Shown piece by piece: positions 9,261 through 19,050 of a DNA stretch of 64,000 nt. Position numbers and translations under genes: made by a program. Position 1 is the stretch's first letter. Each line of letters begins with the position of its first letter. The notes under the pieces are model-generated. The model saw only the letters and a program-made list of their open reading frames with translations. It ran no database searches and was not told where the DNA came from. This stretch comes from Candidatus Saccharimonadales bacterium (GTDB taxonomy: Bacteria > Patescibacteriota > Saccharimonadia > Saccharimonadales > OMJO01), in assembly GCA_035480035.1 (NCBI GenBank), contig DATIID010000001.1:329323-393322 (forward strand), given 5' to 3'.

Positions 9261-10196
9261 TTGGTGAAGTTTAAGTTAACTCGCAGAGAGATTTGGGCTA
9301 CCTTATATATGTTGATGGTGGTTGTTTTTGGACTGTTTAAGTTTCACTTTTTTTGGACACCAGACATATTATTTGTGGTTTTATTTGGACTATTTCTAAT
9401 TCTTGGTCAAGGTAAGCAATTCGCGATCTATTTCTCGCCGTTTCTAATATTACTTTTGTCGTTTGATAAGCTTCGCAGTCTAGCGCCAATAATCAATCAT
9501 CGCGTCCATTATTTAGAAATGCCGAATTTTGATAAATGGCTATTCGGGGGACACTTACCGACTGCTTGGTTACAACGGCACCTCTATTTTGGCCATGTTG
9601 CCTGGTATGATTTTGGCTTTTATTTTTTGTATATGCTGCATTTTATAGCACCAATAATTTTAGCGGTCGTGATTTGGAAATTTAAGCCGAAATATTACGG
9701 TCAGTTTGTCAGTGCACTATTAGTATTATCGTATGCGGCTTTTATTACTTACGTCATTTTCCCCGCGGCACCACCATGGATGTCAAGCGACTACGGCAAG
9801 ATTGATCACATACAACGGATTTCAAGCGATGTATGGCGGACTTTTGGGGTTAAGGATTTCTCGCTGTACTACAAAAAACTAGCACCCAATGCCGTCGCTG
9901 CTGTACCATCACTCCATGCTGCTTACCCGTTTTTATTCGCCTTAACGATCCGAAAAATTTGGGGTAATAAGTGGTTCGCAATTAGTTTAACTTATCCTTT
10001 ACTAGTTGGTTTTGGTGTAGTTTACTTAGGCGAGCATTATGTGTTTGATGTGTTACTGGGTTTTGTTTATGCGACCCTGGCGTTTTACGCGGCACCTTAT
10101 GTTTTACAATTTATATCAGCTCAGATTGGCAAACTAAATCGTAAATATGGCCCAACGCTGAGACGACTAGAAAGGCAATCACATGGTAGAAGTTAG
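9261..10196 (+). CDS. PAP2-superfamily membrane protein (phosphatase / IPC-synthase-like)
   Basis: It is polytopic and carries the late motifs PSLHAAYP and GEHYVFDV. The start codon is TTG. Confidence 0.5.
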   Translation: MVKFKLTRREIWATLYMLMVVVFGLFKFHFFWTPDILFVVLFGLFLILGQGKQFAIYFSPFLILLLSFDKLRSLAPIINHRVHYLEMPNFDKWLFGGHLPTAWLQRHLYFGHVAWYDFGFYFLYMLHFIAPIILAVVIWKFKPKYYGQFVSALLVLSYAAFITYVIFPAAPPWMSSDYGKIDHIQRISSDVWRTFGVKDFSLYYKKLAPNAVAAVPSLHAAYPFLFALTIRKIWGNKWFAISLTYPLLVGFGVVYLGEHYVFDVLLGFVYATLAFYAAPYVLQFISAQIGKLNRKYGPTLRRLERQSHGRS

Positions 10197-10572
10197 TCAG
10201 GAAGAGTTCGAAAAATTAGTGTCGGAAGCAATTGATCGTATCCCACCAGTCTATTACAAAAAATTAAACAATGTGGCTTTTATAACTGAGGATGAACCAA
10301 GTGAAACCCAGCGCCAAGAGCTGAAACTTCACTGCAACCAATCTTTATATGGATTGTACCAAGGTATCCCACTAACCAAACGAGGTAACAATTACAATTT
10401 GGTATTACCCGATAAAATCACGATTTTTCGCTTGCCAATTCTTTATTCGGCCCACAACCTCGAAGATGTTCGGCGCCAAGTCAACAACACTGTTTGGCAC
10501 GAAGTAGCGCATTACTATGGTCTCGACCACGACCGTATTCATAAACTCGAAAAAAAACCACCAAGTAAATGA
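10183..10572 (+). CDS. Small zincin-like metallopeptidase-family protein
   Basis: It carries the HEVAHYYG (HExxHxxG) motif in a 129-aa protein. Confidence 0.6.
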   Translation: MVEVSQEEFEKLVSEAIDRIPPVYYKKLNNVAFITEDEPSETQRQELKLHCNQSLYGLYQGIPLTKRGNNYNLVLPDKITIFRLPILYSAHNLEDVRRQVNNTVWHEVAHYYGLDHDRIHKLEKKPPSK

Positions 10573-10622
10573 GCAGGCTACTTATAACTTAATGTTATAC
10601 TTGTAGACATAAAAGGGATGGA

Positions 10623-11267
10623 ATGACCGAGCGCCGAATTGAGCCATTATGGCATATTGAATTAGCTATTATCGTAGCGATTGTTCTTCAAATAGTTTTA
10701 GCTGATGGCTTAACAGTTGGCCCAAAATACCTGTTGGCTGTAATGGAGTTGTTGTTACTTTTTGGTCTGCGTCTGACCGCCCCAGTAGTACATAATGCCG
10801 CCGAGCAGTTTAGGCGTTTTACCGGACTTTTATTAACTGGTATCGTATCATTTGTAAATATTACTTCTTTGTTTTTAGTCTGTCGTCACTTACTAAATGG
10901 CGATCCTTCAACCGGTAAGCAACTGATCGTATCGGCGCTAGCCATTTATCTAACAAACATTATTGTCTTTGGGTTATGGTATTGGCAGCTTGACGGTGGT
11001 GGTCCCGGTGGCCGCGGCACTCATCGACCGCCAGTTGATTTTTTGTTTCCGCAAATGAACACGTCGACTAAAATTACCGAGGAGCCGAACTGGCAACCGA
11101 CTTTTATGGACTACTTGTTTGTATCCATCACCAATGGCACAGCTTTTAGTCCAACCGATTCTTTACCACTAACTCACCGAGCCAAATTGCTAATGTCCAT
11201 TCAGGCTTTAGTGTCGCTATCGACTGTCGCACTAGTTGGAGCCCGGGCTATCAACATCCTAGCTTAA
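10623..11267 (+). CDS. Membrane protein, DUF1345-like
   Basis: It has four to five TM helices and the motif YLFVSITNGTAFSPTD. Confidence 0.4.
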   Translation: MTERRIEPLWHIELAIIVAIVLQIVLADGLTVGPKYLLAVMELLLLFGLRLTAPVVHNAAEQFRRFTGLLLTGIVSFVNITSLFLVCRHLLNGDPSTGKQLIVSALAIYLTNIIVFGLWYWQLDGGGPGGRGTHRPPVDFLFPQMNTSTKITEEPNWQPTFMDYLFVSITNGTAFSPTDSLPLTHRAKLLMSIQALVSLSTVALVGARAINILA

Positions 11268-12922
11268 AAGTGCTCTCTTAAATGGTTCATGCTGAATTCC
11301 CAATTGGCATCAGTCTTTTTGTAGGGATTAAAAATATCATCTGGATCAAAAATAGATTTTAGCTTTTTGAAGTGGTGCATCATGCTTTCCGAGTACATTT
11401 GCTTAAGCCAAGGACCACGAATCATACCGTCGTTATGCTCACCACTCAGTGAACCATCGTAACTCAGGACCAAACGATTAACTTCGCGCATGGCGGGCGC
11501 TAATTTAGCCCGCTCCTTTGGATCCTCGATTTTCATTAACGGTATAACATGAAAATTTCCGTCGCCCATGTGACCTGCAATAGTAGCCAGGAGTTTATAG
11601 CTGTCGATAATTTTACGCAGTTGCGGTAAAAATTTTGTCAAATGTTCAGTCGGTACCACCAAATCATCAATAAATGGTGCGGTGTGCTTGTCGTGAACTT
11701 TTTTGCGTAGTAAGTTGAAACTTTCACGACGCATAATCCAGAATTTTTTGGCTTTAGCTTCGGTATTATCTTCTTCAAATAGAGCGTCATGGCCAAATTC
11801 CGCCAAATCAAGCCTAAGATTATGGACCTTTTGTTTAACTTCTTCTTGGCTGTCTCCATTAAATTCCACTAGTAGCACCATTTTGGGAACACCCCGGAAA
11901 AGTTTGAGGGCGTCGGGTATTAGCTGCCAGGCCAATTTGGCCATACCGGACCACCCGAGATTATTGTGGAAGTAATAGAACAGTTTAAAACTGAGCATTA
12001 ACGTGTAGTTATCGAAGCCCTCAAACGTAGCTGGTTTATGTGTCATGACTTTATTGATAACATCACCCAAATTATCCATGTGCCTTAAGAAAATTACCAA
12101 CGTACCAGAATGAGCTGGACGTTTCACTAGACTAAACTTAATATCGGTAACTATGCCGAGTGTGCCTTGTGAACCCACTATGGCCTGGGTTAGATCAAAA
12201 ATCCCAGTGTCACGGTCCCAAACATTCCATAAATGATAAGCCGTTGAGTCTTTGGTAACATGCGGTTTGGCAGCTTTGATTTCGTCATAATTTTTATCAA
12301 CTAGCTCAAAAACTTGTTTGTAGAGCCGCCCTTCAAAGGTCGATTGTCGTATTTTTTTATTAAGCTCAGTCCTATTGAGTGGTTTAACAATATACTCATT
12401 ACCGTCAGCTAATACGACCTTTAATTCAGTCACAAATTTTTCCGTTTTGCCAAATTCTAACGATTTTTCACCGCCCGAATTATTGGCTACCATACCGCCG
12501 ACTGTGCATAGTTCTCGACTTGCTGGGTAACTCGGCATTAGGGCTCCGTGTTTAAATGTGGCAGTTTCGAAATCGCGGTAATAAACTCCCGGCTGAACTT
12601 GCGCCGATGATGAACTAACGGCTTCAATTTGATTAAAATATTTAGTCATACTCAGCATGAGTGACTGAGTGATAGCGCCGCCACTCATGTCCGTACCGGC
12701 CGCACGAGCTGTAATTGAAAGGTGTTGCTCTTTGATTTGTTTGGTGGTGCTAACTTGCTTAATTACACGTTTAACATCTTCACTGTTTTTTGGCGACAGA
12801 ACGACAGCTGGCATCAGCTCAAACATACTGGCATCATGACTCAATAAATCACGAGTCGTTACTGTGGTGTCAATGTCACCCACAAAACCCTGCTTCTTAA
12901 GTTGATTCAGAAATTCTTCCAT
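11264..12922 (-). CDS. FAD-binding oxidoreductase (GlcD / D-lactate dehydrogenase-like)
   Basis: It has an FAD-binding PCMH-type N-terminal half (TARAAGTDMSGGA, GGMVANNSGGEKS) and a C-terminal GGSLSGEHNDG motif. Confidence 0.75.
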   Translation of the reverse strand: MEEFLNQLKKQGFVGDIDTTVTTRDLLSHDASMFELMPAVVLSPKNSEDVKRVIKQVSTTKQIKEQHLSITARAAGTDMSGGAITQSLMLSMTKYFNQIEAVSSSSAQVQPGVYYRDFETATFKHGALMPSYPASRELCTVGGMVANNSGGEKSLEFGKTEKFVTELKVVLADGNEYIVKPLNRTELNKKIRQSTFEGRLYKQVFELVDKNYDEIKAAKPHVTKDSTAYHLWNVWDRDTGIFDLTQAIVGSQGTLGIVTDIKFSLVKRPAHSGTLVIFLRHMDNLGDVINKVMTHKPATFEGFDNYTLMLSFKLFYYFHNNLGWSGMAKLAWQLIPDALKLFRGVPKMVLLVEFNGDSQEEVKQKVHNLRLDLAEFGHDALFEEDNTEAKAKKFWIMRRESFNLLRKKVHDKHTAPFIDDLVVPTEHLTKFLPQLRKIIDSYKLLATIAGHMGDGNFHVIPLMKIEDPKERAKLAPAMREVNRLVLSYDGSLSGEHNDGMIRGPWLKQMYSESMMHHFKKLKSIFDPDDIFNPYKKTDANWEFSMNHLREHF

Positions 12923-13033
12923 ACTGCTTTAGCTTATCACAAACAATATTTTAAGATGGCGGCGCTTACAATTACGCTGTGGCCATGCTAACATGAAGCG
13001 TAAATACATAAGCATTATAAAAGGATAAATAGC

Positions 13034-14215
13034 TTGAGCAAACACAGGGTCATAATTGTCGGAGGTGGTTTTGCTGGGATTAGAACCGCATATGAGTTGG
13101 CCAATGACGAGCGCTTTAAAGTAATCTTGATTAGCGACCATGCTGACTTTCGGTTTTATCCGGCCCTGTTTCGAACTGCTACTGGTGGTAAACGTCGTAT
13201 TTCAAGCATTCCACTTGTAGAGTTATTTCACGAACGGCCAGTTGAAGTTATTTTAGACAGAGTGTTAGAGCTCGACAAAGCAAAGAAGACTGTTATCAGT
13301 GAAGCAAAGCACAAATACAATTACGATAGTTTGGTACTGGCTCTCGGTGTTAAAACTAATTATTTCAACATCAAGGGTTTATCAGACTATTCTTACGGTA
13401 TTAAAACCGTGGCTGACGCTGAACGGTTGAAGGCTCATTTACATCGTCAATTAATTGAAGAAAAGCATCCCGATTTAAACTATGTGGTGGTTGGTGGTGG
13501 ACCGACAGGCGTGGAGTTAGCCGGCGCCTTGCCGAGTTATTTGAAGGCTGTTTGCCGGCGACATGGTATTAATCATCCGAACATTCATGTTGATTTAGTT
13601 GAAGCTGCGCCGCGCTTGTTACCTCGTGCACCCAAAGATTTATCACGACGGGTAGCCAGACATTTGCGCTCGATTAATGTTCGTTTGTATCTCGGCACTG
13701 CCGTCCAAGCTGAAACGGCTGATGCGCTGATGATTAATAATAAACGCTTAATGAGCCACACTGTAATTTGGACCGCAGGTGTTGCCAACCATCCATTTTA
13801 TAACGATCAAGGTTTTCAACTGGCTCGTAATGGCAAGGTTCGGGTTGACCAATTTTTGCAATCAGACCCAGACGTATTCGTGATTGGCGACAATGCTGAT
13901 ACGCCGTTTAGTGGCATGGCTCAGACGGCGCTACTAGATGGTAAATTTGTGGCCCAAAATTTAATGCGACGAGCCGACCAACAGGACTTCAAACCTTATT
14001 CAGCCAAACGACCAGTTTATGTTTTCCCCGCCGGACCATATTGGGCTGCTGTTCTTTGGGGAAGTTGGCGGTTTTATGGTGTCTTCGGTTACTTAATGCG
14101 TAGAGCGGCTGACTGGATTGCTTATCATGATTATGAAGCTTTCTATCAAGCAACTGAACGCTGGATGGAAGAAGACGACAACGAAGAAACCTGCCCCATG
14201 TGCAAAAGGCTATAA
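13034..14215 (+). CDS. ndh: Type II NADH dehydrogenase-like FAD-dependent oxidoreductase
   Basis: Two Rossmann GxGxxG motifs (IIVGGGFAG and VVVGGGPTGVE) and a GDNA motif are present. The start codon is TTG. Confidence 0.7.
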   Translation: MSKHRVIIVGGGFAGIRTAYELANDERFKVILISDHADFRFYPALFRTATGGKRRISSIPLVELFHERPVEVILDRVLELDKAKKTVISEAKHKYNYDSLVLALGVKTNYFNIKGLSDYSYGIKTVADAERLKAHLHRQLIEEKHPDLNYVVVGGGPTGVELAGALPSYLKAVCRRHGINHPNIHVDLVEAAPRLLPRAPKDLSRRVARHLRSINVRLYLGTAVQAETADALMINNKRLMSHTVIWTAGVANHPFYNDQGFQLARNGKVRVDQFLQSDPDVFVIGDNADTPFSGMAQTALLDGKFVAQNLMRRADQQDFKPYSAKRPVYVFPAGPYWAAVLWGSWRFYGVFGYLMRRAADWIAYHDYEAFYQATERWMEEDDNEETCPMCKRL

Positions 14216-15019
14216 CTACTTACGTCTTAGAAATTCTGTGTCGAATGGCAGAGCCATAGCTACTAGCCATTCCGGTATCGTTTCCATAAAAACCTTATTG
14301 CAATCTTCCAAATCACGATCAAAACCGAACATACCAATATCTAAATATTGTCCGCGGTTATAAGCCATCATCCCCTGAAGAGTTGCTCGGCTCTGACTAA
14401 CGACTTCGGAATGCAACCCTTCACCGCTTTCGGCATCGAGCACGTTATACAGATATTCCAAACTTGCTCGAATGGCATTTATCTTAATAGCATCTTGATC
14501 ACCAATGTGCTTAGTTTGTTCCCACATCGGATCAATTTCGTCAGCTGTTTGTGGGAATAGTTCCATGAACAACTCGTCAATGTCATCATGGTTGGTAAAT
14601 TTTTCATGTAATTCTTTGATCTTCCTTGGGGATTGTTCGGCTTTCCGTTTAGTGTCTTGCTCAACTACCCGTTGAGCAATTCCGGTACCTATAAACATAA
14701 CCCGCCCTAATTGATTTAGACCACGAGCCTGAAGTTCAACACTATCACCCATATATGCTGTAAATTCATCACTAAAAAATTGATAGTCATGCACATTCAG
14801 CACAAAGTTGTAACTTTTATCGTCAATCGATCTAATCGGAAAAGCCCGGCTTCTCGCGTCACGAGTACTTGGCATAAAAGAATAGGTAATTTCGCCTCGC
14901 TCGGTTATTTTAGGCACCTCGTAGTAATCGGCTATTTTCCTGCCCATCTCACCAAAAGTTTGATCGAGTAGTTCTCGTTCATTTAATTCAAAACTGTTGG
15001 TAGATTCAGGGCTGGTCAT
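14216..15019 (-). CDS. Hypothetical protein (267 aa), translationally coupled to trmD
   Basis: It is a long ORF whose ATG overlaps the trmD TGA (ATGA at 15016-15019). I recognise no motifs. Confidence 0.5.
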   Translation of the reverse strand: MTSPESTNSFELNERELLDQTFGEMGRKIADYYEVPKITERGEITYSFMPSTRDARSRAFPIRSIDDKSYNFVLNVHDYQFFSDEFTAYMGDSVELQARGLNQLGRVMFIGTGIAQRVVEQDTKRKAEQSPRKIKELHEKFTNHDDIDELFMELFPQTADEIDPMWEQTKHIGDQDAIKINAIRASLEYLYNVLDAESGEGLHSEVVSQSRATLQGMMAYNRGQYLDIGMFGFDRDLEDCNKVFMETIPEWLVAMALPFDTEFLRRK

Positions 15020-15669
15020 GGCTTTGCCTTTTTACTACGATCTTGACGCCATTTAGCAATTTCCCCGTGGTTACCGCTCAGCAATACATTTGGCACTTTG
15101 CTACCACGAAAATCTTCTGGTCGGGTGTATTGTGGAAATTCTAAAGTCTTATCGTCGCTAAAGCTTTCAATTTCAGCGCTGTTTTCACCACCTAAAACCC
15201 CAGGCAATAAACGCACCACTGCATCAACTAAAACCATGGCTGGGATTTCACCGCCTGTTAGAATATAATTTCCGATCGAAATTTGCCGATCCACAAACTG
15301 AATCACCCGTTCGTCATAGCCCTCATAACGCGCACAAACAATAATTTTATCCTTTTTATCATTAGCCAATCGCTTAGCTAATGACTGCTTGAACGGTTCG
15401 CCGCGTGGGGTCATCAGAATTACCTCGGCATCTAGACTAGATTTTTTTGCCGACTCAATAGCTTTGGTTAGTGGTTCGATCATTAATAACATACCGTCAC
15501 CACCCCCATAAGGTGTGTCATCAACAGTTTTTCGCTTACCTAAACCATAATCACGCAAATTTATATAATTAATCTCGATTATATTTTTGTTTTGCGCCTT
15601 AAAGAGCATGCTTTGGTCTAACACGCCCCGAAACATATCTGGGAACAGACTAATAATTTGAATTTTCAT
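15016..15669 (-). CDS. trmD: tRNA (guanine37-N1)-methyltransferase
   Basis: The translation (MKIQIISLFPDMF ... YGGGDGMLL ... RYEGYDERV ... LSGNHGEI) fits TrmD. I set the start at the conserved MKIQII Met rather than the longer track ORF. Confidence 0.9.
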   Translation of the reverse strand: MKIQIISLFPDMFRGVLDQSMLFKAQNKNIIEINYINLRDYGLGKRKTVDDTPYGGGDGMLLMIEPLTKAIESAKKSSLDAEVILMTPRGEPFKQSLAKRLANDKKDKIIVCARYEGYDERVIQFVDRQISIGNYILTGGEIPAMVLVDAVVRLLPGVLGGENSAEIESFSDDKTLEFPQYTRPEDFRGSKVPNVLLSGNHGEIAKWRQDRSKKAKP

Positions 15670-15676
15670 CGATTTT

Positions 15677-15685
15677 ATTATATCA
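15677..15685 (-). promoter_or_regulatory. Extended -10 box TGATATAAT, 7 nt upstream of the trmD ATG
   Basis: The minus strand reads TGATATAAT-AAAATCG-ATG. There is no Shine-Dalgarno. This geometry suggests a leaderless transcript. Confidence 0.35.
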
Positions 15686-15784
15686 AATATTTTTCGAAGC
15701 GAAAAGAGCTGCGAGTCAGCCCTTTTTGGGTCAGCTTTGCCTACGAGCGATGAGAAAAACCGTAGGTTTGTTTCGTTTTTATAC

Positions 15785-15814
15785 AAAAAGAACCCTCAAT
15801 TGGGGTTCGTTTTG
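15785..15814 (-). terminator. Bidirectional intrinsic terminator between the KH-protein gene and trmD
   Basis: The stem GAACCC/GGGTTC is flanked by an A-run and a T-run (AAAAAGAACCCTCAATTGGGGTTCGTTTTG). Confidence 0.55.
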
Positions 15815-15912
15815 TCACATAAAGCTCCCACCGTTGGTGGCTCGCAATGAGCTTCGACTAAGTTTTTAACTCTTTTATATTAATCTATTGAACTTCGGTA
15901 AGCAAGTCTTTT

Positions 15913-16401
15913 CTAAACATCGAGATCATCAAGATCTTCAAGTTCTTTTCGGGTTCGACTTAATACGTCGCCGCTGTCTAAATCGTCTTTTTCCTCAACA
16001 TCTAGTTCGTCATCGACATCAACCTCTTCATCAGCTTTTGATTCGGCAGGTGTATCATGGACGGGCTCTTCAACTATTGAATTATTGTCAGTGTCTGGTT
16101 TATCTGAATAATCGTCGCGAGCTGGTCGAGTAGGACGGCCAATTGGTTCGCCGTTAGCAGTATCAATTATCTTGAGGTTGTAACGAGCTTCATTCTTTAT
16201 ACCAAGAGCCCTCAGTAATGTTCTTAAACTCTGAGCCGTAGCGCCACGTTTACCAATAACGCGGCCAAGGTCAGCAGCATCAACGGTTAGCTCAAGCAGA
16301 ACGCCCTTTTCGTCAATGCGTCGCTCAATTTTGACAGCTTCCGGTTTGCCTACTAGTGATTTAACAATATAATCTATGAATTGTTCGTCGATGGTACTCA
16401 T
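15913..16401 (-). CDS. KH-domain RNA-binding protein (YlqC/UPF0109-like) with an acidic C-terminal tail
   Basis: It has LGRVIGKRGATAQSLR (the GxxG KH motif) and sits between rpsP and trmD. Confidence 0.7.
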   Translation of the reverse strand: MSTIDEQFIDYIVKSLVGKPEAVKIERRIDEKGVLLELTVDAADLGRVIGKRGATAQSLRTLLRALGIKNEARYNLKIIDTANGEPIGRPTRPARDDYSDKPDTDNNSIVEEPVHDTPAESKADEEVDVDDELDVEEKDDLDSGDVLSRTRKELEDLDDLDV

Positions 16402-16455
16402 CAGTCTCTCCTACCGTTACTTACATGTGCTATTAGTATAGCAAATTGCGAACAG

Positions 16456-16932
16456 TCAAGCTGTATTTTCGTTGTCAGTAGTTTCTGATTGGTTATCTTT
16501 ATCTGCAGTTTCAACTACCGGTTCACTGGCTTCTGGGATTTCGCTTACCTCGGGAGTTTCAACAGATTCAACAGGAGCATCTGCGGTTTCAACGTTATCC
16601 GGTTTTTCGGCTGAGGCGGCCGACTGACTATCACCATATTTGTCGGGGTTTCGGGTTTTGCCCTTTTTAGTGATTGGCTTTTTGACCCATTTTGGTAATT
16701 TAACATTTTCTTGCTTTAAAATACCAATCACTCGATCTGACGGTTGAGCGCCATGATCTAAATAAAATTTGGCTTTTTCGGCATCTAAAATAACCGCTTT
16801 AGTGTGTGGGTTATAACTACCCAACTGCACAACCACCTTACCACTCTTTGGGCTTAAACGGGCATCTTGAACAATCACACGAAACTGGCTGTGGCCACGG
16901 CGGCCGGTGCGTTGCAAACGAATAGCTAACAT
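16456..16932 (-). CDS. rpsP: 30S ribosomal protein S16 with a C-terminal extension
   Basis: The N-terminus reads MLAIRLQRTGRRGHSQFRVIVQDAR...GSYNP. Confidence 0.9.
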   Translation of the reverse strand: MLAIRLQRTGRRGHSQFRVIVQDARLSPKSGKVVVQLGSYNPHTKAVILDAEKAKFYLDHGAQPSDRVIGILKQENVKLPKWVKKPITKKGKTRNPDKYGDSQSAASAEKPDNVETADAPVESVETPEVSEIPEASEPVVETADKDNQSETTDNENTA

Positions 16933-17014
16933 ATGTGGTTATTTGTCCGATCTCTCATACCATAATTAGGTGATAATTGAATCTTGGCTATTTTACAGAT
17001 TATAACTTCGACTG

Positions 17015-17713
17015 TCAACGCCGGTAATACCCTAAGGCTGCCTCAGCAGCAGCAACTTGGCCAGCTTGTTTACTCGGCCCAGTGCCCTCGCCTTTTAGTT
17101 TACCGTCAACAAAAACTCCAACTGTGAAGTTTTTTTCATGATCTGGACCTTCTTCTGATAACACCTTGTATACAGGGGTAAATCCGGCTTGACTTTGAAC
17201 TAATTCCTGAAGATGCGACTTGGGATCAACCCAAGAACCACTGGTTAAAATATCATCAAAAGTAACAAGTACGGTGCTTTTAATAAACTGTTTAGCCACA
17301 TCATAGCCCTTGTCTAGATAAATAGCGCCGATTACCGCTTCGTAACAATTGGCCAGAATTTGAGCTCTAGCTCTTGGAGTACCACGTTTTTCACCACGAC
17401 TAAGCCTTAATAATGGTTCAAACTCTAGTTTAGCCGCGGCCAAACTAATACTTTCAGTCCGTACCAATGCGCTGCGCCAATTAGTCAAAACACCTTCCGG
17501 ATCAGAATGATTAAGGTAGAGGTATTCAGTCACCACCAATTCGAGCACCGCATCACCCAAAAACTCTAGTCGTTCATTGTGTTCTTTAACGGTTTTACGG
17601 TGTTCGTTTAGATAAGATCGATGTGTAAAAGCCGTGACCAACAGGTCAGTATTACTAAATTTGATCCCCAATTTATCATTAGCAAAAGCAATATAAGAAT
17701 TAACGTCTGGCAT
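17015..17713 (-). CDS. rnc: Ribonuclease III
   Basis: It has the NERLEFLGDAVLE signature and a C-terminal dsRBD. Confidence 0.9.
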   Translation of the reverse strand: MPDVNSYIAFANDKLGIKFSNTDLLVTAFTHRSYLNEHRKTVKEHNERLEFLGDAVLELVVTEYLYLNHSDPEGVLTNWRSALVRTESISLAAAKLEFEPLLRLSRGEKRGTPRARAQILANCYEAVIGAIYLDKGYDVAKQFIKSTVLVTFDDILTSGSWVDPKSHLQELVQSQAGFTPVYKVLSEEGPDHEKNFTVGVFVDGKLKGEGTGPSKQAGQVAAAEAALGYYRR

Positions 17714-17718
17714 GTTTT

Positions 17719-18216
17719 TTATAGGTCCGATTGTCGAATTTTGTTGAGTCCAATCAAAATAATTTTACTAATATCTTCGTACTCGATTTTATCTAAAGCT
17801 TCTGAGGTTGGAAACCATTTAATACCGTTCATCCAATCTTCAGGCTTGATATCGTCGGTGTTATTTAGGGCTTCAATTAAAAATATGTCGGTCGTCATTA
17901 GGACTAAACTTTGCTGACGCCGATATCGAAAATTGATTTTGCCAAGCCAATTGTAGACTTTGATATCTTTTAGCCCGGTTTCTTCACCAACCTCACGTGC
18001 GGCAGTTTGCTTAGCAGTTTCACCTTCTTCAATATGGCCTTTGGGAATTGTCCAGCGATTCTTGGCATCTTGAATTAATAAAATCTCAATCTGTTTTTTG
18101 GCATTTCGGCGAAAAATAATACCACCGGCCGTCGGTTCACGAACCACTTCACTAATCACCGGACGCCGCCGGTTAACTAGCTTCTTGAATCCTTGGAATG
18201 GTTTAGGTCGTTTCAT
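17719..18216 (-). CDS. NUDIX hydrolase
   Basis: The Nudix box is GHIEEGETAKQTAAREVGEETGL. Confidence 0.75.
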   Translation of the reverse strand: MKRPKPFQGFKKLVNRRRPVISEVVREPTAGGIIFRRNAKKQIEILLIQDAKNRWTIPKGHIEEGETAKQTAAREVGEETGLKDIKVYNWLGKINFRYRRQQSLVLMTTDIFLIEALNNTDDIKPEDWMNGIKWFPTSEALDKIEYEDISKIILIGLNKIRQSDL

Positions 18217-18218
18217 AG

Positions 18219-18695
18219 TTATTTGCTCTTCTTGGTTGATTTGGTAATCCTCGGTTTTTTAGCAGCTTCCGCCTCAATGTTGCGTAACACTGTACCCAGA
18301 ACACCGTTGATGAATTTACTTGAGTTATCGCCGCCAAATGATTTGGCTAGTTCGACAGCTTCATTGATAACCACTTTTGGCGGTATTTCTTGATCGTGTA
18401 GTAGTTCGTATGCACCAATCCTTAAGACGATACGATCCATCCGTGCAATCTGATCGATGGGCCACTCTGGCGCCACTGGCTGCAAAATGGCGTCAAGGTC
18501 ATTGGCTTTGGAATTTACGCCTTTGACTAAACGACTGATAAAGTCTGGATCATCAACCATCTTGTGGTAACGTCTAATGTTACGCTCCAAAACTTGGTCA
18601 AGCCTGAGACTTTTATCTTTGGCGTCACTTCGGAAATCTTGCTCGTACAGGGTTTGCAGAGCGATAATGCGACCGAGGTGACGATTTGATGCCAT
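18219..18695 (-). CDS. nusB: Transcription antitermination factor NusB
   Basis: The sequence ([13 protein letters not shown] ... [14 protein letters not shown] ... FINGVL) is a typical NusB pattern. Confidence 0.85.
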   Translation of the reverse strand: MASNRHLGRIIALQTLYEQDFRSDAKDKSLRLDQVLERNIRRYHKMVDDPDFISRLVKGVNSKANDLDAILQPVAPEWPIDQIARMDRIVLRIGAYELLHDQEIPPKVVINEAVELAKSFGGDNSSKFINGVLGTVLRNIEAEAAKKPRITKSTKKSK

Positions 18696-18749
18696 ATTGT
18701 TAATTTCCTACTACTTACTATCTCCAGTATACGCTACTGGCTGGCGAAA

Positions 18750-18926
18750 TTAGGCTTTTGAAGCCGTAGTTTTAGCAGCTGTCGGCTTATCTTTGCCGAA
18801 TTCTTTCCTGGTAGTAAAAGCCTTGACTGGTGATTTGGCGTTAACTTGACGGGCCAGCTTTAAAACCAGGTGGCTACGACGGGTACCGGTGCGACGTGGG
18901 CTGGTACGTTTTTTGGGTTTTCCCAT
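18750..18926 (-). CDS. rpmF: 50S ribosomal protein L32 (58 aa), absent from the supplied ORF track
   Basis: I translated the minus strand by hand: MGKPKKRTSPRRTGTRRSHLVLKLARQVNAKSPVKAFTTRKEFGKDKPTAAKTTASKA. The KKRTS..R...RRSH pattern is characteristic of L32. Confidence 0.7.
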   Translation of the reverse strand: MGKPKKRTSPRRTGTRRSHLVLKLARQVNAKSPVKAFTTRKEFGKDKPTAAKTTASKA

Positions 18927-19013
18927 AAAAAATCAACTCCCCCTTATTATTACTCTAATATCGTTACGGTTATTATAGCGTTATTCCACCTCTATTTCAA
19001 CCCCTACAAAGTA

Positions 19014-19043
19014 TTGACATATTGCTTAACCTTATGTTATAAT
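19014..19043 (+). promoter_or_regulatory. Sigma-70-type promoter: TTGACA, 18-nt spacer, TATAAT
   Basis: TTGACA is at 19014-19019 and TATAAT at 19038-19043. The ATG of the next gene follows 7 nt after the -10 box, which is a leaderless geometry. Confidence 0.45.
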
Positions 19044-19050
19044 AGCGAAC

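Noticed and set aside
15670-15786. A 39-codon N-terminal extension of trmD in the track ORF
   Set aside because: Conserved TrmD starts at MKIQIISLFPDMF. The extension runs through a terminator and the repeat/promoter region, so it is unlikely to be translated.
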